From contig CM119269.1 of assembly GCA_051294375.1 (NCBI GenBank), forward strand, positions 19,100,418 through 19,164,417: 64,000 nt of DNA, read 5' to 3'. Positions 1 through 64,000 of the stretch are shown one piece after another. The stretch's first letter is position 1. Each line of letters begins with the position of its first letter. Both the position numbers and the translations under genes were made by a program. The DNA is from Paraspadella gotoi (taxonomy: Eukaryota > Animalia > Chaetognatha). The notes below the pieces were generated by a model. It had not been told where the DNA came from, did not search any database, and was given only the letters and a program-made list of their open reading frames with translations.

Positions 1-968
1 TGAAGAAAAATCCTTCGCAAACGACATTCAAAACATAACTCTCTATCACTAAAAAAGCGGCGAACCAAAAAAAAAAAGCTTCAAAATCACAAGTTTCCGA
101 CGAAAGAAACAAAAAAGCACAAAACAAAACAAAGTGGTTGTTTTGAGAAACGAGGCAGTTAAAGAAATCCCTGCGTGAAATAATCGTTTAGGAAAATTAA
201 AGAGGCACTTGGTTAATGTTAAGGAGTTCTTTCCGGAAAAGGTGAAACCTTCATTCCGTAGAACGAGGAAAACCGAGTGGGCGTGGCGCCAACTTTTGGA
301 ATCCTTCGACCGGCGCCATTTTTTTTTTCAAGCGGGGGTTAATCTTCCTCTTCCGGTGAAAGAAGAAAACTAAACTGAGGATCATCCACCCGGAGCGACG
401 GACGAATTGAAGATCAAGTTGGCGTCGAATAAGGCTCGGGTCTTTTTGCTTTCTGCTTTTTATTTTTTTCCCAAAGGTAATTAAATCGCGACTGCAAAGG
501 TCAATACTAAAACAATAATTTAAATAAGCGTTCAATATTCCGGAAATAAAAAATATCCGTAGTTAACTAAGAGTCCCACCTACGAAATTAACTCTATAAA
601 ACTATGTAAAAAAAAAAACAGATCTAACGGGAAGACGAAAAAAAAGGCAAAAGTGAAAATGGAAGAAAAATTCGTTTTAAAGTCGAAAGAAGTCGAAATA
701 TCTACTTAGAGTGAGACAGGAAATGGGAAATGGAGAACAACAAAAGAAAAAGAGCTTGTAAACAGAATCAGAAATTCGCATATTCTTATCAATTTTCGTA
801 TATGTTTGCAAATGATATTTCGGGCCCATTTTATCCGACATGTGCTGTGTTGTGGATGTGAGAAAAAGAGAGAATTATTCTAGGAATCAGGTGCCTCCGC
901 TACTTTTCTTTTGACCGTTAATTTCCATGGCACTGAGTTCCATCTCCGGAATTACTGGCCCTGGGGAA

Positions 969-1011
<43 letters not shown>

Positions 1012-1650
1012 GTAAGAAAAAGAGCCAATTCCGTCGTCTCTTCCGCTTTTGAAAGAACTCGACCGTAAAAGATTTCGCGACTCTTCGTTTCATTTCATTT
1101 CATTTCATTTCATTTCATTTCATTTCATTTCATTTCATTTCCGCACTTTTTTCCTCGTCTCGTTGGCGCAAAGGAAGATCGCGTCAACCCGTCCAATGTC
1201 TCAGTCTGAGTCACCAATAAAGGCAGATTAACAGTAAATACTGAAAAGACAAATTAAAGAAATAGGAACAATTGATAAAGACTAAAGTTTATCATTCGCT
1301 TAGATTAAGCAAAAAAAAATGGCGACCATTTTCAAATGGTAAGAAAGAAAAACAAGGACCGTGTTTATTTTCACGTTGTCATGAGAATGAAATCGTGTTT
1401 TCCAAGGCCCAAAGAGAATTTCTTATCCTTGATAGTCGGAGTCCGCCTTAAATCTCCCCATATCATTGGGAAACGTAATTATGAGTATTAAGTCGGACTA
1501 TTGTTTGCTTTTATGACCTCAACATTTTCAAATCAAAACTTAAGGTAGCAAGTTTTAAATTAATTCATATTTGTAAACCATGGATCATTTAATTTTTTTT
1601 TCAGAGTGACGCCTCTTGAAACAAGAGGAAAAAGAAACAAAACTAACAAA

Positions 1651-59669
<58,019 letters not shown>

Positions 59670-59879
59670 GTGAGGCAAAGAAAATTGATAAGGTTTTTCT
59701 GCCTGATTCTTTCGGTCGCATCTCTTGATTTATTACGCTTAATTTCGTTTTTAGAATTTCATTCTTTCGTTGTTCCTATCTATGGATTTTATAAGTTGTT
59801 ATCGCTTCCTTTCTTGGTTCTCAATCTCATATGAGGTTTCAACGACCACCTCAGTGGTTTTTCTCCAAACTTCGCCTCA

Positions 59880-60170
59880 CCCATTCGTTCGCAAAAAAAA
59901 TTTATCTGTGTTCGCATCGTCTCATTACTTCGTTCGCATCTAATGCTTTTATGTTTGCATCGTCTCATTACTTTGTTTGCATATAATTCTTTTATGTTCG
60001 CGCAATCTTATTTCTTCGTTCACAACTTACTCTTCTATGTTCGCATATTCTCATTTCTTTGTTCGAATGTAATTCTTTTAAGTTAGCGTCGTCTCATATA
60101 TTATTTATTCTTTCGCATTTATTGTTCTATTACTATGGTCACACATCTTCTATGTTCGCCTCATTTCTTT
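59880..60170 (+). repeat. Degenerate ~20-nt minisatellite (gttcgcatcgtctcattactt-like)
   Basis: Recurrent gttcgca/gtttgca every ~19-22 nt. Confidence 0.7.
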
Positions 60171-60315
60171 TGTTTTCTTCGCTCTTCTTCTTTTTTCACG
60201 TTTCGTTTCTCTTCCAACTCGAATTCACTTCAGGAAAATTAGTCTTCTTTGTTTTCCCCTTCGTCGTTGTTGTTTTCCCCTTTGTTTTTTCTTTTCCTTT
60301 TCGTGATTTTTTTTA

Positions 60316-63000
60316 GCTTTCGGCGCCGGACCGTTGAGGCGCCCGAAGTCCCGATCGGCATCACGGAAGCGATGAAGCGTGGAGGCTTTTGACCTTGTAT
60401 GCTCGGTCCATCGAATAAGGAGGCGTTGGAGATGATACGTCTGGCGTTGAAAAGGAATGGAAGAACATCAAGACCTTCAGGATGAGAGCGATGAAATTTG
60501 GGAGAAGGTCTTAGGCGTTTTTGCCTTTGTTTCTCACGAGATATTTCTCGTTCAACGCGAACAAGAAGAAGTGGAAACTGAAGTCCAAAACGCGTCGCAA
60601 ATGCTCTCACTCACTAGCTCACTCTTTGATCCGATGGGTCGTGGCACCCTTCATCCTGCGTTTGGAAGAGATTTCAGCGGGCAACGAAAGAAAAAAACTC
60701 CGGTTGGATGACCCGATATCAAAAGGAGCTTGCATGCCGAAGATCAACAGAGTGGCGGCAAAGAGGTTTGTGAAAAAACTTACTTCCATCGAGATCCTCG
60801 CTGGATTGCCGACGGAAGGAACTTCGCATGCGGGTCCGGAAAATGACACCTGCGAATGCCTCGAAGTGGGCTACGCGTCGTCATGTATCGTCGCTCGAAG
60901 TTCATCTGAGACTCATTGTGCATATTTTCTTTGGGAAAGTCACGTGTGTAGTGCCGTTGTCTTCGAGTAAGTGTTCTCACATGAGTCAATCCCGGCTGGA
61001 ACTTACCGCCGCGAAAACTCCCGCCGAGCTTCGTCAATCTTGCTGGATCAAGTTCATGAGGAATATTCGAGAGTTGTTTTCTGGACGGATCGGCATAACG
61101 TCATTCAAAAGCAAATTCGGACGAGAAGTCGCGTTTTATCCCGTTTCAAACATCGGAGGCTCTCGAATTCGTGAAATTTTCCGAGGTTTGGACGAATGGA
61201 ATATGTCCTTGACCTGCCGGAAAATCCGCGGACTATTGCTGAGTCGGGACTATTTGCGCGGAAAAATGGATGATTTGTGGAAGTTCTACCGTGTGGACCT
61301 ATTTTCTTTGAGACCGGAATTCGAAACTTGCCCGAATCAAAGCGTGTTTTGATTTCCGGTGAAAAACGGAAGAGCTTCCGGGAGCTGTCGCCGAGAAAAG
61401 TGCGGGCTATGACCGCCCTCGTCGCTTCTCCTGCCTTCATTGCCCATTTTCCGCTGATTCGTGGCTGCTCGATACGCCGCCAAGTTTTCATCTTGGAGCG
61501 CCGCGTCGCCAAAAGACCGCTTTGCTTCTTGCGGCGGTTGGAGACCTTTGCGTTTTGGAAAAGGACTTCAACGCAATCTGCGCGCCAAAGAAAATTCCTC
61601 GAATCTACATCTCGATATTGAATCGGGCAGCGGAATCGCCTCATTCGCTTGATTCAATTGAAATATTTGGTTCCGAGATGGAAATTTCTTTGTCGAAAGT
61701 GGTGCGGTCAACGCTCCGCAACTTCGAAAGGAATTGAAATTCAAAAATTCGCCTCTTTCGAAGTTGGCGTCTCCTTTCGCACAGCGGGGGGAAAAATGCG
61801 CGTCCGGACGCCTTGGTAACGCCGCGTCGCTTTCCTTCGAGGCAAAACTCCCATCATTTTGCCTTTGACGACGATCTAGTTTCGCGCCCTTATCCGAATT
61901 TCATAAGGACCGAAGGTCAGCGGAATTGAGCATATCTGCAGTTGAAAAATACGACGCAAGTTACTGGAATTCTCCGGGCGCGGCCAAGCTGTCCGTCGAG
62001 TTCTCACCAAATGCGGCTCTACTGTCAAAAACCTTTACAAGCCACCGGTATACACAGAAAATGGCCGCCGCTTCCGAGCTTCAGGACGGCCCCAGGGCCG
62101 CCCGTTCGCGAACGTCGCGTCGATGCGCTTGGGCCCTTCGACATCAAGATCGCCGTGGCCCCGACATAAGCGCGGGTGGCGCTCTTACCTGCCTATTATT
62201 CTCGCGCCCGTTCAATCTTGAGGATTATTTTCTCTCTCGACTTCGTCCTTCATAAATGCCTTCGATGCGCATAGGAACGAAAGTCGGGCATACGCACCTC
62301 TTCCAGCGATAACGCAACAAATTTCAAACGGTCCGGACAAAGCTGCTGCGCGACGCAAATATTAAAGGAGTGAACCGGCAACGACAATGATAAAAAATTC
62401 CATTGTCTTGGCTTCGACTGGGACTTCGCGGCCGCCTCTCACGCCGCACTACGGTGGGAGTTTTGGGTGAGCGGATGGTTCGCTCGGCTAAGCGACATCT
62501 CTACGCCCTAAACTTGGCGACAGTCGGCTGTCGATGGAGACGTTTCGCCACCTTCATCACCGGGCGCCGAAGGAATCATCAATCGTCGGCCTTTAACGCG
62601 ATTAGCCAGCGATGCTTCAAGACTTTGCTACCTTTAACGCCAGCTGATAATTATATCCGGGAGTTCGCGATAGGAACGACGGCCGTCGTCTTACCACCGG
62701 CGCCGTCTTCCGGGCGATGCTTTGCGTCTGGAGTATAAGCAAGCGTTGGGATTTGATTCTCAATTCGACGACGCTTTTCTCCGCGATTTTTACCCTATCT
62801 CCAACGCCCGAACGTTGGCAAACGACGCAGCCGGAATCTCAAAGTCGGCCAAGCTCGCCTTCTTGTCGCGAGACCAAGTCAAGGAACGAGTGAGTAGGAC
62901 TTGGCGTTATCAAAAGGGTGGCATGGCACGACACGCACGGTCATGCGACGCGCGTTCGTGCGGACCGCGAATGGAAAAAATATATTGAACGCGATCGATC
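60316..63000 (+). mobile_element. BEL/Pao LTR retrotransposon pol fragment (end of RT, RNase H/Peptidase_A17, integrase), heavily frameshifted
   Basis: Motifs across frames: KVLG, SSLFDPMG..APFIL..WDDPI, ASEVGYA, GKSRV.PL, SIPRLEL, FWTD, ENP..SR, GPF, SDNATNF, GVWERMVRSAK. No gag or LTR recognised. Confidence 0.88.
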
Positions 63001-64000
63001 AAGAATCGTTGCCGTTTGAACTAGATGAGTGAAAGTAAAAAAAAACGAATACCTTACATCCCCCAAAGAACTTAAAACTCTTTGTGACTATTATATCAAT
63101 TATTGCCATGCATAAACCCGGAATTATTTTTCAGAGCTTCGAATCGAAAAAACGAAATTTCGTTATTTACCAAATTGCTTTGATTTCGCTTCGAATCGAA
63201 TTACCCCATAGGGGGACTGCCACCAAAAACCAGAATTCAGATTAAATGTTTTTCAAATTTGAATTTTTTGATTTTTTATTTTTACTGTTTAAGACAATGA
63301 TTTTTTCAGAAACTGTTTTGTTTTGGTAAGAGTTTAATTTTAAGAATTTATATCTTATTATCTCAGTGCTTGGAAAGTAGGTTTTTAAGAAAAAAATTAT
63401 TTTATTTATTTATTTCGATTTCGTAAGTGCGACCCCTTACTCGAAATTTTTCTCCAGATTTTGACCAGTAAAAATGGTAAATTTGGATTATTCGAATTCG
63501 CTTTAATTTATTTATGACAATTTTCAAACTTATGATAGATCAAATTGATTTTGGCGTACAGTCGTAATCGTTTATCTCGATTTCTTTTATTCATTATTCA
63601 ATTATTTCAGCGTACGTCACCACGGACCGTTTAATTTTGAAAGTTCGCGAACTTTGTATATTTTTTGAAGAAAAAAGAAAAATATTTTTTTATTGCCTCC
63701 CATATTATTTTTCTGGGTTTTCAATACGGCTGCGGGTTTCGCTTCTCCTTTGTTTTTCTCCTTTTTCTCAGGTTTTAGTACCCGTTTTTTCCTTGTTCTG
63801 TACCGCTTATCAGGAGGTTTTCAAGTTTGACGCGGAAAGAACTTTATTAATTATATTTCAAAGCTCTCGAAAGCAGGCCACATACTAGTGGCGCAGGTGT
63901 CATGCTGGGTGGCAGCATTCCAAGAAAAAAGGGGTGCAAAAGACCAATTACTACTTCATCAACACCTGATATGAGTTTACCTATGTCGACGTAATCAAGC

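Noticed and set aside
251-320. Possible first exon of a divergent minus-strand gene (aaaaATGGCGCCG..)
   Set aside because: The frame closes after about 22 codons and nothing further in the window supports it.
59880-60170. CRISPR-like repeat-spacer array
   Set aside because: Degenerate tandem minisatellite without unique spacers, in a eukaryotic intron, with no cas genes.

Overview
AT-rich, microsatellite-rich eukaryotic (most likely invertebrate animal) genomic DNA with GC-richer exons and GT-AG introns. It comes from a gap-filled assembly with five N-gaps and scattered indel errors. The backbone is one very large + strand gene (ATG about 1651, at least 23 exons read by hand to 59669, continuing past the window). 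It encodes a probable signal peptide, a Thr/Ala-rich segment and roughly 1300 aa, almost all Cys-rich CxxCPxGx[YF] (GCC2_GCC3/Ephrin_rec_like) repeats. Its introns host antisense nested genes: an 11-exon FMRFamide-receptor-like class A GPCR (39724-29186), three further spliced minus-strand exons (27346-25124) that may be an alternative GPCR tail or a separate gene, and an intronless SLC35G/EamA-like transporter (52841-51849) bracketed by a 40-bp direct repeat. Mobile DNA includes a BEL/Pao pol fragment, a fold-back hAT-type MITE with an 8-bp TSD, a Penelope-type hammerhead ribozyme in a palindrome, a tRNA-headed SINE sharing a structured 3' end with a second repeat, Helentron-type non-autonomous elements, and a CCA-bearing retrocopied tRNA-Leu 3' half with a TSD. 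The 8546-21659 segment looks like uncorrected long-read gap-fill artefact rather than biology. Family assignments come from recalled motifs; no database search was run.
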